Part shown: one piece after another, positions 12,231 through 24,019 of the stretch
How the letters are laid out: the number at the start of each line of letters is the position of its first letter
Numbering within the stretch: position 1 is the stretch's first letter
Source of the DNA: Camelus dromedarius
Lineage: Eukaryota
Assembly: GCF_036321535.1 (NCBI RefSeq)
Contig: NC_087459.1
Location: 4,154,001 to 4,218,000 of the forward strand
Reading direction: 5' to 3'
Length of the DNA: 64,000 nt
Position numbers and translations under genes: made by a program
The notes under the pieces: model-generated
Database searches by the model: none
Told to the model about the DNA's origin: nothing
What the model saw: only the letters and a program-made list of their open reading frames with translations

Positions 12231-12489
12231 TGCTGCTGCATTTCCTACTTTTTATTAAAAGCTGGCTTCCCATCTAGTTTGTAAGATTATTTAAGGCAGG
12301 CACCACCTCTCTGACCTTCTTTGTGTCCTTGATAAAGTTTACTGATTTTATCTTTTGGTGAAGATCATGAAGGGAAACTTCTAAAGGGATTGAGGAGTTA
12401 TCAGCAACAGAGACCTCAGAAGTAAAGCACCTTCTAATGTCCCCTTCTTCTCCACTGAATTAAAGACTTCTCTATTTCCTTCCACATCT

Positions 12490-12912
12490 CTCCTTATTCC
12501 CCCCTCTCCCTGCTCCAGCCACAGTTTCGGTGTTTTGAACACGCCTTGTTAACTTCCTGCCTCAGGAACTTTGAACATGCTATTCTCTCTTTTGGGATAC
12601 TTTTCTTAAAGTTTTTACATGGATGGTCCTTCTGGTCATTAAGTCTCATGATAAACATCCTTCCTAGTCTCATGTCACTCCCCTCACCCCAATGTGATGC
12701 TCTCAGATGGTGTACCATCCTATTTTATTTTCTTATCACTATGTGAAATGATCTCTCATTCCTTTATCGTGTACATGTTTTTCCCCCTCTCTTTTCCACC
12801 AGAATGTAAGCTCAATGAGATTAGGGACTTTGGTTTTCTCATCACCACATCCTGTATGTTTAGAATAGTTTCTGATACACAGTAGGTACAAGCAAATGAT
12901 TGCTTAATTAAT
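12490..12912 (+). mobile_element. L2a 3' end
   Basis: ctccctgctccagccaca...cctgcctcaggaactttgaacatgctatt...ccaccagaatgtaagctcaatgag...acagtaggtacaagcaaat. Confidence 0.85.
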
Positions 12913-13479
12913 CAGTTACCTTTGTAGAAAAGTTAATCCCAGTTTTCTTCCTCTAGGAAGCCTGCCAGGACTGTCCCAGTACTTGTTGATTTTCCTTACT
13001 CTAAGATTTTCTGTATTTAGAGTTAACAGTGCTTCATTATTTGATTCAATTTTCTTTCTAATTCCTTCATATGTGATTGTCTGAGATGATCTGATCTTCC
13101 TCTCCTTTGTTTTGAGATGGACATGGAGAAGGTTCTCAGAAAATGTCTGCTTGACTAAGAGAAATCTCTGCTTGACCTGGGTGGGGAGTAGGAAACAGCT
13201 CTGGAGCCTCTAGAAGACAGAGGGGAAAGGGAGCAGGCAGGTGAGTTTTCCTGCATTCATGCCTTGGGGCTTCCATTTCTGGGCAAATAGTGAGTTAAGA
13301 GGAGAGAACATTCTTATATTTTCCAAACCAGTAAAATCTTGAATGATACTCAAAGGTAGTGCAGGGTCCATCTCTCTTCCTCCTTAGATGAGAAAATAGG
13401 AAAAGACTGAGGGAAATGAAACAGATAAGAGGGATACACAAATACTTCAACAGTTGTATTCCAGGTTATTTTCTTATCC

Positions 13480-13657
13480 ATCAGCTCATTTAATCCTCAC
13501 AATATGTCAATGAGTTTGGTGATGTTATTCCCACTTCACAGATGAGATAATTGAGGCTCAGAGACACTAAGCAATTGGATAAAAAAACACATAGCCAGCA
13601 AAAAGCACAGCTAGGGCTTCAATCTGGGTCTTCTGTGCTTTTTTTCCCCTACTGCAT
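13480..13657 (-). mobile_element. MIR SINE
   Basis: ctcatttaatcctcacaa...cccacttcacagatgagataattgaggctcagaga. Confidence 0.85.
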
Positions 13658-13799
13658 GTATGATTTTAGAATAAATCTTCCATCTTCCCCAATGGGGTCT
13701 CCATCTCTCAAGTCTCTATCTTTAATAATCCACTAGAATTCACCAGTGGTAGAGGCAGTATCTTTTTACCTTTTCTGTCTGTGTGCTGAGATTCAGAAG

Positions 13800-14050
13800 A
13801 GGTATTTCTAGGTCCCACAGAACTCTGTTGTAAACTCTGCCATTATAAGCTTAATTAAATTAATATTCTTGTATGAAGGGGCTGCTGGGAGCAGGGCTCC
13901 ATGAGGCTCATCAACTTTCACATAGAGGGGAAAGTTTTTCTGCGCTCCCTCTCCTGAGACTGCATGAAAAATGCATGACAGAAGTTGGATTTCCAGTGCT
14001 TGCGGCAATGGCATCTTCATGCAATTAAACCTTTTAAAGTTTAAAAGTCT
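13800..14050. promoter_or_regulatory. Candidate homeodomain-bound enhancer
   Basis: TAATTAAATTA at 13852-13862 (reverse complement TAATTTAATTA, a paired-class P3 site); atgcaattaa near 14019; non-repeat DNA. Confidence 0.35.
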
Positions 14051-14492
14051 TCTCTTCCCCTTCCCTAGATGCATGCAGGAAACAATACGAACAAGGGAGT
14101 TTTAAAGTGAGATGGGCAGAGTTTTAACTCACCCCTACTTGGTCAGCAAAGTGCCCTGGAGATGAAATGAAGAACTCCCACCATAGAAGCCTGGTGATTA
14201 CATTCAAGGAAGAACAATGCTCGAGGGAAAGGAAAGATAGTCAAGACAACTGGAGGAAGCATGATGGAGCAGAACTGCTTAGAGAGTTGCTGTTCATGGG
14301 ATGGAGCTTACAGTACTCCTGTCTATGTGCATATTGTGAAGATTCCCAAGAGAATAGCTGGTGCATAGTAAATGCTCAATGAATGATTTTACTAATGATA
14401 CCTAGTGGTATTAATTGCTTGTAATATGCCAGATACTATGCTAAGTCAAATTAACTAAATTCTTACATCAACTTCTGAGGTACATATAACAT

Positions 14493-14700
14493 TGTAGTGC
14501 ATTCAATGGTGATCCCCCAAAGATAAATACACTTAGCACCCATGAATGTGAACTTATTTGGAAAAAGGGTCTTTGCAGATGTAATTAAGTCAAGGATCTC
14601 AAGATGAGATCATCTTAGATTCTCTGGGTGGGTCCTATATTAAATAACACGTGTCCTTATAAGGAGAGGTGAAGATATAGACTGAAGAGAGGAGACATAT
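14493..14700 (+). mobile_element. MLT1C/D-type LTR, 5' half
   Basis: tgtagtg...gaatgtgaacttatttggaaaaagggtctttgcagatgtaattaagtcaaggatctcaagatgagatcatc. Confidence 0.85.
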
Positions 14701-15469
14701 GGAGCTGGTAAAACAAAGATGACAGTCCAGTGGGAGAGGCCAATGTGCAAGCAAATCTACAGCAATGTGCCAATGTTGTTACTGATGTGTGCTCAAAATA
14801 CCATGAGGGCAAGGAAGGAGGGAGACCCCAGAGTGGGAGCTTCAAGGGAGCAGACTGTATTTTCAGTATCATTATAGCCCTCTTCCCAAGACAGCAGAGG
14901 TCTCTGTACATGATAGAAGCTCTATAAACTTTTGTTGAATAAACATATAAAGCACTTTACCTACTGGACTCTGTGAAGTCTTCCCCTAAGAGTTGAGTTC
15001 TGCACTGAGTCTTACAGGATGAAAAAGACAGAAGACAAGAGGGAGTGGGGCCTTTTTCCAGAGAACAACCTTTTCAAAGTCTGGGCTGCAAGAGAGAGCA
15101 CGAAGCATTTGAGGATCTTCATGTAGCTTGGTCTGTCTCCGTGGGATGTCAGCAAGAAGAGATGAAAGATGAAATGGTCCAAAGCCAGATCCCAAAGGGC
15201 CTTCTAAGCTGTGTCAGAGATCTTGAATGTGATCCTAGGGGCGATGGGAGCCACCAGAGAATTTGGCCCTTGCCTCCTCCTCAGACTCTCTGTACCGCTG
15301 TCCACCCCATCCCTGACTCTTTCCACTCCAGCCTCAGAAAGGCGTTTGTGAATGATCACTCTCCTTCCAGCTCTACATACTCTTCATATGCTTTTCTCTA
15401 TGTGAAGTTTTCTCATATATATATTTTAATTGACTCATATTCTTGCGGGGACTAATGAAGGACTAACTA

Positions 15470-15798
15470 TAGCTGTCCTTCAGTTTCCATGGGAGACTGG
15501 TTCCAGGAGCACCACCCACTGCCNNNNNNNNNNNNNNNNNNNNNNNNNNNNNNNNNNNNNNNNNNNNNNNNNNNNNNNNNNNNNNNNNNNNNNNNNNNNN
15601 NNNNNNNNNNNNNNNNNNNNNNNNNNNNNNNNNNNNNNNNNNNNNNNNNNNNNNNNNNNNNCTATGTTAATAGTTGCTGTTGTGCAGCAAATTCAAGTTT
15701 TGCTTGTTGGAGCTTTCTGGAATTCGTTTTCAGAGTATTTGCAATCTGTGGTTGGTTGAATCATGAGTGTGGAACCAACAGATACATAGGACCAAGTA
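15470..15798 (+). mobile_element. Tigger2/MER2/MER8-family TcMar MITE (core masked 15524-15661)
   Basis: gctgtccttcagtttccatgggagactggttccagga...ggttggttgaatcatgagtgtggaaccaacagatac; TA on both sides (15468-69, 15799-800). Confidence 0.85.
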
Positions 15799-15837
15799 TA
15801 CTGTCTTTCACACTAAATCATAAGCTCTGTAAGGTTG

Positions 15838-16228
15838 TGCATTAGTTTTCCAAGGCTGCTACAACANNNNNNNNNNNNNNNNNNNNNNNNNNNNNNNNNN
15901 NNNNNNNNNNNNNNNNNNNNNNNNNNNNNNNNNNNNNNNNNNNNNNNNNNNNNNNNNNNNNNNNNNNNNNNNNNNNNNNNNNNNNNNNNNNNNNNNNNNN
16001 NNNNNNNNNNNNNNNNNNNNNNNNNNNNNNNNNNNNNNNNNNNNNNNNNNNNNNNNNNNNNNNNNNNNNNNNNNNNNNNNNNNNNNNAGGACCCCACCCA
16101 CCCCCGCCCCCAGTGACCTATTTTAGCTTAATTACATCTTTGAAGACCCTATCTCCAAATACAGTCACCTTCTGAGTTTAGGAGTTCAACAAATTAATTC
16201 TGGGGGGGTCATAATTTAGCCGATAACA
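15838..16228 (-). mobile_element. MLT1B/C-type LTR (masked 15867-16087)
   Basis: tgcattagttttccaaggctgct...ttaattacatctttgaagaccctatctccaaatacagtcaccttctgag...ataatttagccgataaca. Confidence 0.9.
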
Positions 16229-16399
16229 AATTGTGTCTGTCCCTTCTTCTGCAATTTCTTCTCCCAATGCCAAGCATAGCGCATGGCAGAGAGTAGGTGC
16301 TAAATAAATATTTGAGGAAGGCAGAAGGTGCAGCCACAGCAGCTCTGAGGAAATAGCCTTGAGGGATGTTTCAGAGTAGGGGGGGACAACTGCAGGGAG

Positions 16400-16570
16400 A
16401 CAGCGGGTAATGTTTACAGCTCTTACGATAAGAGGTGATAATGGGATATATTGGGACAGTGGCAGTGGGGGCTGAGGAAACAGTGTGGATTTGAGAGAGC
16501 CTATAGGGGCAGGTAAATTGAACATGGCGATTGGTTGCAGAGTGTGGGAGAAATGGGGGTGTGGCATTGA
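16400..16570 (-). mobile_element. L2 fragment
   Basis: ggtgataatgggatatattgggacagtggcagtggggg...gtggatttgagagag...gtaaattgaacatggcgattgg. Confidence 0.55.
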
Positions 16571-18429
16571 TTCTGTTTAATTGTCACCATGTGTAATCAG
16601 CTTGTGGGTGCTTGCTGCACCCACAGCGACGTATATGGGGAACTGAGATAACGTTATCTGCCTACTGGGTCTTAGTTCACAGGCAACGCTCTGTTTCTAG
16701 TCTTTACAGTTCCAGCAAAGCAGATGCCCCCCTTCACTTACTCCTTTCCTTCCATGCTTCCAGCTTCCCTTTCTTAAAACGAGAGACTATTACCTGCTGG
16801 TAGTTCATCTTAAGCCACTAAGGGTGAAGCTGTTGGGCTCTGGAGCATTTTATTCTAGGCGAACGGGAGGATAAAAGATGAATGCCAGGGAACATGAGTT
16901 CATGGGATTTAAGTAAGAAGTAACTAGACCCTAAAATTTAGACCTCAGAGCAGAGGCAGGGAATCTGAACTCCGAGGCTGTCACAGCCGACCTTAGACTT
17001 TCAGTCATATCTTGTTAGGCCTAATCTTACTTCCCCCGATCACACTGGAGTCTACACGAGCTGACTCAGAAATGTGGGGACTGCAAGCTGAAGATTAGGA
17101 GTGGAGCTGAATGCCATATTCACCTTTCACAAGCTTTGCTGCTCCAGACGCTTATAAAATAATTTCAGCCTTTATCTAAAGGCAGAAGGGCTTTTCTCCC
17201 CCCAGCTAGTGTTGTGGCTTTTTCTTTTTCTTTTTTTCCCCCCTCTTTCCACCTAATAAAATCCTCAGTGCGGTGCAGTGCTCGCCGGTGTAATCAGAGC
17301 TGTGCAGACTGCTCTCCGAGCTCGTTTCCCAGGCTGCACTGCGGAGGCTCAGTGGAGGAAGGGATAAAACTTTGGGAAGTCATGATGTCTCAAACACCAG
17401 CTGGTTCCCGGAGGTCATACCCTGACTGAGATCCTTCTGCCCTCTGTGCACCCCCAGAAAAAAAGTCTGGCTTATTTACCATTTTAGAAAGTTAGACCTT
17501 TTCAAAGAGATGCCCCAGGCAAAACATCCTTTCTTTCCCGTTTCTCTGAAACTAATGACTCTTCTCAGAAAGTTTTGACAGTGAGAGTTGTTCCGACAGC
17601 TGAGGGAGGTTGCTGGAAGCCACGCTGGCACGCAGCCCGCAGAAATAAGCTGGTCTGTGTGCTGCTGGCTCGGGGATGCCTGATTCTAAAATACATCCAG
17701 TTTGACTTTCTGGGATAGAAATGGGAATGCAGGAAAAATGCCTGAGTTGGGGAAGTCTCTGGATTGGTGCCATGCTCTAGAAGTCAGATAATGGATGAGG
17801 GGTTAACTTTTAGGCTCTTTGAATTACTGCAACAATAACAGCAGTCATAATGAAGTCTGAGATTTAAAAGAAGATGAGACGACATTACTTGCACGCACAT
17901 CTCCTCAAATCCTTAGACTGATGACAATAGGTAAATGGTTTAATGCTTACTTTTATTTTTGAGGCAAAAGGAGGCTTGGAGAGAATTATGTGAACAGGTT
18001 TAGAGGTTATGTCTCATCTGGAAGTCAAACTCAGGTCTTTCTACCTCTAGCTGTGTCATGCTGGCTATCATTGGCTCCTGAGGGTGCTGGATAGGTAAGG
18101 CGGACGCACGGGATGAGCTGGAGATGGAGAATGTAATTCCAAAAAAATCTGTGACCCTGTCTCATGGACAAAGCAATGACTAAACAGATGCTCCTAGGAT
18201 AAGGAAAGATATTATGAATCCCTAGTAACCTATTCCACAGCCATTATTTCCTTGGTTTTCACAATAATCTGGTGAGTGAATGAGGGCAGAAATTTATAGT
18301 AACCCTCTTTTTGACTTTGAGGAGACTGGGTTTCGAGAGTTTATGAGACTCAAGAAAGAGTATAATGCTTGTAAGTTGTGAAGCTGCCAAATGTCCAAGA
18401 CCTGTTGCAATAGAAAACTGAGGGTGCTA

Positions 18430-18545
18430 TTGAAAAGACAAACTCCTAGGCTCCACATCAGACCCATTTAATAAAAATATATAGATTTTAAAAGAATTCC
18501 TCCAGGGGATCCTAATGCAACGGTCTGTGGCTAGATGGTTGAAAC
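18430..18545. mobile_element. MER5A-like hAT fragment
   Basis: ctcctaggctccacatcagaccc...ttttaaaagaattcctccaggggatcctaatgca. Confidence 0.55.
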
Positions 18546-18869
18546 TAATTCATCAGACCCTGCTTCTTACATTGAGTTCCAAATAAGCCTCACTAAGTAT
18601 GATGTAAATCCTCACTCTCTCAGCTCCACTGGGGATCCCAACATGTCCCATGAAGTCTAGTCTACATTTCTCTATCTATGATGGTACCCAATACCTGAGA
18701 TGTACTCAGTCAACCTTTGGATACTTGAATCAATAAAAAAAGAATTTTCTCACTAACATGGAATGTGACTACTGACAAAATAAACTCAAGCCTTCTGATG
18801 CTTCCACGAGATGAATGATTCCAATGATAGCTAGGTGACAGCATGCAACTACAAACATGACTATATTAT

Positions 18870-19490
18870 TGTAGTAACAAATTCATGCCGTATAGATTAA
18901 ATTCCTCTTGACCATCCTTGTCTGCTGGTCCAGTCTGCTCCCAGAGGTAAAGACTGTGATCAGTTTCAAGAGTACCATTTAAGAGTATGTCTTTCCATTT
19001 AAATATGAAGATGTACATATAGAATGATATATTTTTGTGTGTATACACCAATCTTTATATGTATAGTCAAAAGCACACTACATGTATTAGTTTACAACTT
19101 GCTTTTCCCCTCAATGAGGTATCTTTTCATGCCAGTTCATCTAGACTCATCACATTCTGTTACATGGCTGCATAGTATCGGAAAGACAAACTCTATTTAA
19201 AAAGCCTCTCTTGGTGGACATTCAGGTTGTCTCCAATTTTTAGAAATGAATGTCCTCCTATGTTGCACTTTATGTAAGTTTCTCCCCAAGGTGGAATATA
19301 GAAGCTAATTGGCTAGGTCACAGGTATGTTTGTATTAAAATTTTTATATATAATCTGAGATTTCCTCCCTAATGGCATTACCAGTTTTAAACCCCCCTTC
19401 TCCTAGTAGTGTCTGAAAATACCCATTTCTTACAACACACCAACATTTGATATTGTCAGACTTTTAAGTTTTGAGATTTGTGATTTTAAG
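18870..19490 (-). mobile_element. L1ME-type fragment
   Basis: ttggtggacattcaggttgtctccaatttt...gctaggtcacaggtatg...acccatttcttacaacacaccaacatttgatattgtcagact. Confidence 0.75.
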
Positions 19491-19869
19491 GGATGATTGA
19501 GGGTTTCACAAAGGCTTCTCTGGGTAAGAACTTTCCACTTGCTTCTAGAGAGCTTCCTGGGAGGAGAGTGTGTCCAGAACATCTCCCCACCATGCCATGT
19601 CTGATTCTATAGCACCTCCATGTGAATTACTGGCATCATCTGTGTCAGGGATGAACTCCCTTCCCAGTTTGTTTTGTCTTCTCACATCTTCTGAGAAGAG
19701 ACCTGCTGATCTTACTTGACTTGAAGGTGGAGGGAAGGCATCCGTATATTGCACCTTTGCAAGCATGTACATGTTGCAGCCTATGCCCATGTTTCCTGAA
19801 CCTGGCTGGTGTTTGTAATCACCTGAGGAGCTTAAAACAAAGCCAAAAACAAACACCCTCCTTCATCTT

Positions 19870-19985
19870 CCCAGGCAGTGATCCAGATAAACAGAATCAA
19901 AGTCTCAGAGATGGGTCAAGGAATCTGTACTTCTAAAAGCTTCCCATGTGATTCTGGTGCAGCTGGTTTGTGAACTGCTAGTTTT
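19870..19985. mobile_element. MER5A-like hAT fragment
   Basis: cagaatcaaagtctcagagatgggtcaaggaatctgtacttctaaaagcttcccatgtgattctggtgcag. Confidence 0.75.
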
Positions 19986-20769
19986 AGAGCTACTGATATA
20001 AGTGAAAGTGGAACGTCAGTTACAGCCCATTATATAAAATGCATGGAGTAGGGAAGCTTTGCAGCCAGGAATACCTGAGTTCAGTTCTCTGGTCAGCCTC
20101 TTCCCAATCTGGTGGACTTGGGCAGGTCCCTCTAAATCTCCAGTGGTTGTTCCAAATAGTTGTAGTTGATATCTAACATGAACCACTGATTTATATCCAG
20201 CCATCCAAATTAAAATAGAGTCAGAACAAATCACACAGTTCTCGTCTGTTTCCATGGTATCCCCACTCCAAGCTGAGGCACTGGTAAGTTATCTCCCCTG
20301 TCATCCTACCATCTGTGAAATCTGAACCTGGATAATAAAGCACTCAGGTCTCCAAGTAACAGATGTAGATTCAGGTCTGCTAGTTGAGAAGTGATCAGCC
20401 GTGGCAGACAAGAAGGAGCAAGTGGAAGTGGGGACACAGCATAGAGTATGCAGCCTAGGGGTTAATCGACAAGACTTGGAATCGAAAGACCAAAGACCTA
20501 TCAACTTATCAACTTTGGGACTTGATGCCACAATTTCCACATCTATCAGATGGGATGATGATGACTACACTGGAGTATGGTAGTGAAGATTAAAGTAGAT
20601 AATTCATACAAAACACTGTATCTGGCATAAAATGTGTTGTGATTATGATGATGATGATACAGGAGTCAAGCTTTCAAAACTCTGGGGATAAATCAGAAGA
20701 AAAGAGAAATCAATGTGTAAGATGGGCTGGCTGAGTTTGAGGAAAGGGTTAGCACAACATTTAGATGGA

Positions 20770-21455
20770 NNNNNNNNNNNNNNNNNNNNNNNNNNNNNNN
20801 NNNNNNNNNNNNNNNNNNNNNNNNNNNNNNNNNNNNNNNNNNNNNNNNNNNNNNNNNNNNNNNNNNNNNNNNNNNNNNNNNNNNNNNNNNNNNNNNNNNN
20901 TAAAATAAAGATATTGGTAGGGCTTCATTCCTCCTGGAGGCTCTAGAGTAGAGCCCATTTTCCTGTTTCTTCCAGATTCTAGAGGCTGCCTGCATCCTTG
21001 GCTTGTGGTCCCTTCTTCCATCTTCAGAGCCAGGAGTGTAAAAAAATATCACCTCCACAAGTTTTCTTATGTCTCCCCCCCCCCCTTTTTTTTAACCTTT
21101 ATTGTGGTGAAGTTCTCATGGTGTATGCCTATGTCCAAATTCGTCAATGTGTATACGTTAAATATGCACATTTTTGGTATATCAACTATACTTCATGAAG
21201 CTGTGGGGAAAAAAAAAATCCAGCAACATAGCATCTTCCCATCTCTTTGACTCTCTTTTCTCTCTCTTTCATTTATAAGAAACCCCGTGATTACACTGGA
21301 CCCATCTAGGTAATCCAGGATAATGTTCCCATCTCAAGACCCTTAACTTAATCACATCTGCAGAATCCTCTTTGCCATGTAATGTAACTAGTCAGTCACA
21401 GGTTCTGGGGATTAGGATTTGTAAAGGTTTGGGGGACATTATTCTGTTTATCACA
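20770..21455 (-). mobile_element. MLT1C/D-type LTR interrupted by an L1 fragment (start masked 20770-20900)
   Basis: ttctagaggctgcctgcatccttggcttgtggtcccttcttccatcttc...taatccaggataatgttcccatctcaagacccttaacttaatcacatctgcag...attctgtttatcaca. Confidence 0.9.
21035..21218 (+). mobile_element. L1MB-type 3' terminus with inverted 5' segment
   Basis: Sense attgtggtga...gtgtatgcctatgtccaaattcgtcaa...atacttcatgaagctgt plus A-tail; preceded by antisense atatcacctccacaagttttcttatgtc. Confidence 0.7.
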
Positions 21456-22194
21456 AGGATCAAGAATAGGCACTTGAGTTCTAGGAGATGACAAATATAT
21501 ACACAGAGAGTAAGAGCATGCAAAGAAAAAAAATTTTCAGGATGTAAACATTCACTCATTTACTGAGATCCTAAAATTGAAGAGTAGTTATGAGTAGAAT
21601 AAAACTAAGCATTTTCTTACATTCTTATTTGGTTTTATTCTATTCCTTTATTTGACAAACATCTATGTTCTGGGCACTGAGCTATGCACCGAAGTCCTCA
21701 CAGTTCAATGGGAACAAGAGACCAGACCAGTGTGGCTGCAATAGCATGGGGGCTCTTATAAGGCAGCTGGGTCATGGATACACTCTGAGAACAGGGATTG
21801 TTTATTTGGGAGTGGGTCAGAGTTTAGCAAAACCTTTCCAGTGAAGATGAAAATTCAGCTGACTCTCAAAGGACAACAAGAAAGTAATTTGTTCAGGAAA
21901 AACAAAAGAACAAAAAGATGCCCCCCTACCTCTCAGTACACCATCAAGTCTATGCACGCCCCTCGTTACCACCTGGATCTGGGCTCAAAGAAGATATACA
22001 TGTCTCTAAAGGAAGTAAAGTGAGGCCTCCTTAAGTCTCAGAAACCTTTCTCCTGCCACAGAAACCTTTTCTCCAGTCACATTTACAATGGGACAAGGAA
22101 ATACCATGACACATTCAAAGGATTGTCTGGGTTGTCCACTTACTCTTAGTTTTAATGAGAATTCCCCTTGATTTAGCCTTTTTCCAGGATTAAA

Positions 22195-22335
22195 AGCCAT
22201 TTGCACTTCCTTTTCTGTGAATTATGTGATCACAGCCTTTTCTTATTGATTTGTAGGTGCTGTTTATATACTAAATGAAGTAGTCTTTTATCATTTGGGT
22301 TGTTTGTCTTTTATGTTGTTTTTACAGTTTATGAC
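22195..22335 (-). mobile_element. Old L1M fragment
   Basis: ccatttgcacttccttttctgtgaatt...ttttcttattgatttgtaggtgctgtttatata. Confidence 0.65.
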
Positions 22336-22351
22336 AGATGGATTTTCTTTT

Positions 22352-22383
22352 TTCCTTCCTTCCTTCCTTCCTTCCTTCCTTCC
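22352..22383. repeat. (TTCC)8 microsatellite
   Basis: Direct count of ttcc units. Confidence 0.9.
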
Positions 22384-22679
22384 TTGTTTGAAGGCTTGAA
22401 AATTTCACAACTTGAAAATAATGCATGCCCTTTGGATTTCCTCTCACAATTAAGAATTAAAATATTTATTGTGAGTTTTTTTCTCACAATAAATATTTGT
22501 TGAACCCTAGAGTTGGAGCTCTACCTCTGAAGTGTCCATGGCAATCTGCCGTCACAGATGGAAAAAAATAACAACAGTGATGATTGGCGAGTTTTCCTGG
22601 TAATGAGACAGAGAGCAACTCGGGGGCAGAAACTATGTTTTATTCCTCGGCAAGCCCTGTCAGGAGTCATTTTGGTATT

Positions 22680-22925
22680 TATAATGGTGTGTGACTATGG
22701 GCTCCAGAACCAGAAAATCTGTGTTTAAAACCTCACTCTGCCACTTCCTAGCTGTATCACTGTGGGTGCCATGCTTTGTCACCCTGTGCTCTAGCCTCCC
22801 CACCCTACAATGAGGACGATGGTAGTGTGATCCTCCTTGGGTTGTTGATGAGGACTCATCAAGTTCAACTGTCACTCAGGACAGTATTTCTCAAATGTGG
22901 TAAAACTTAATACTTGTTGGCTGTC
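22680..22925 (+). mobile_element. MIR SINE, near full length
   Basis: ggctccagaaccag...ctctgccacttcctagctgtatcactgtggg...gggttgttgatgaggact. Confidence 0.8.
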
Positions 22926-24019
22926 ATGGCTATCCACCATTTCTGCCACAAAACAGATGTTTGAAAAATGTGAAGTGAGTGAAGTTTGTGTGCAGTGTTT
23001 GCTAATAGAGATAACAAGATAATACGATAACAAGGTAATAAGATAACATCTGCATGGTGTTCTTTTTCCTTCATTTTATAGCTATTGAATTAGACTCAAA
23101 GAGGTCAAGTAACTCATCTAAGGTGACAGAAGGGATTAATACTGCTCAACTCTATAGCTGGAATTTACATGTCTGAACTTTTCATCCAGAAGAGTAAGGG
23201 GAGGATATTGGGGGTATGACTGAGGGCTTGGGGGATGGGATTCTGGGGTATATGCAGCCTTCTGCCCATTTCCATACAAACACCAGAGCAGGCACCAGAC
23301 ACAATCCACTACACCTTGACTAATGAGGCCACAGGAACTAGAACCCCAATTTCTCATAACCTTGAGAAGGCAGGCAAAGCTCTTTCCCAGGGCGCTCATC
23401 CTTTCCCTTAAGGAAAAACACCTGAAACGAAGTGAGATTCCTTTTCAGAGCCCCAGATGGCTTGAAGGGAAAAAAAAAAAAGAGGAAAATTTTTGAAAGT
23501 CACAAGCAGCCCTTGGAATTTGGCCATGTGGCAGGGTAGAGCATAAATGCCTTTTCTTCTCTTGACAAAGAGAGAGGAAGAAAACTTGTGGTCTACTCAG
23601 GGGAGGACACAGGTAAAGGGGACTGACTAACTCTTCTTCAACTTTTATAGTTATTGATTCAATACTCAATCTCCTAATTTCTGGGGTCTGGAGAAGAGTG
23701 TGTTCTCCCCGCAACCTCTCATAGCAGCAGAAACCTCCAGAGGGTTGTGTTTTTCAAGGTCAGAGAGCCAACCCTGGACCTCACAGAGAAAACGTCTTCA
23801 GAAGAGAAAATGAACATTACACTTTGGGCATATTTTGGTTTTAGACTCTAGAAAGGCCCTGAGCTGCCCAACTCTCCTTCCCTCTTAAGACAGAATTGTT
23901 AAACCATGATTTCTTGAGCTGTCAGAGATTTTAAATGTTTTTATTTAGTCACCAAGTGCTTACTAACCTCCTTACCATGGTTTGGTAGCTCTGTGATTTA
24001 CTCCAATTTTATCTGCATT

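Noticed and set aside
13091-13246. Possible 124-nt exon (13117-13240) with a perfect CAG|GTGAGT donor
   Set aside because: The acceptor is the rare GAG type and all three frames contain stops; most likely a pseudo-exon.
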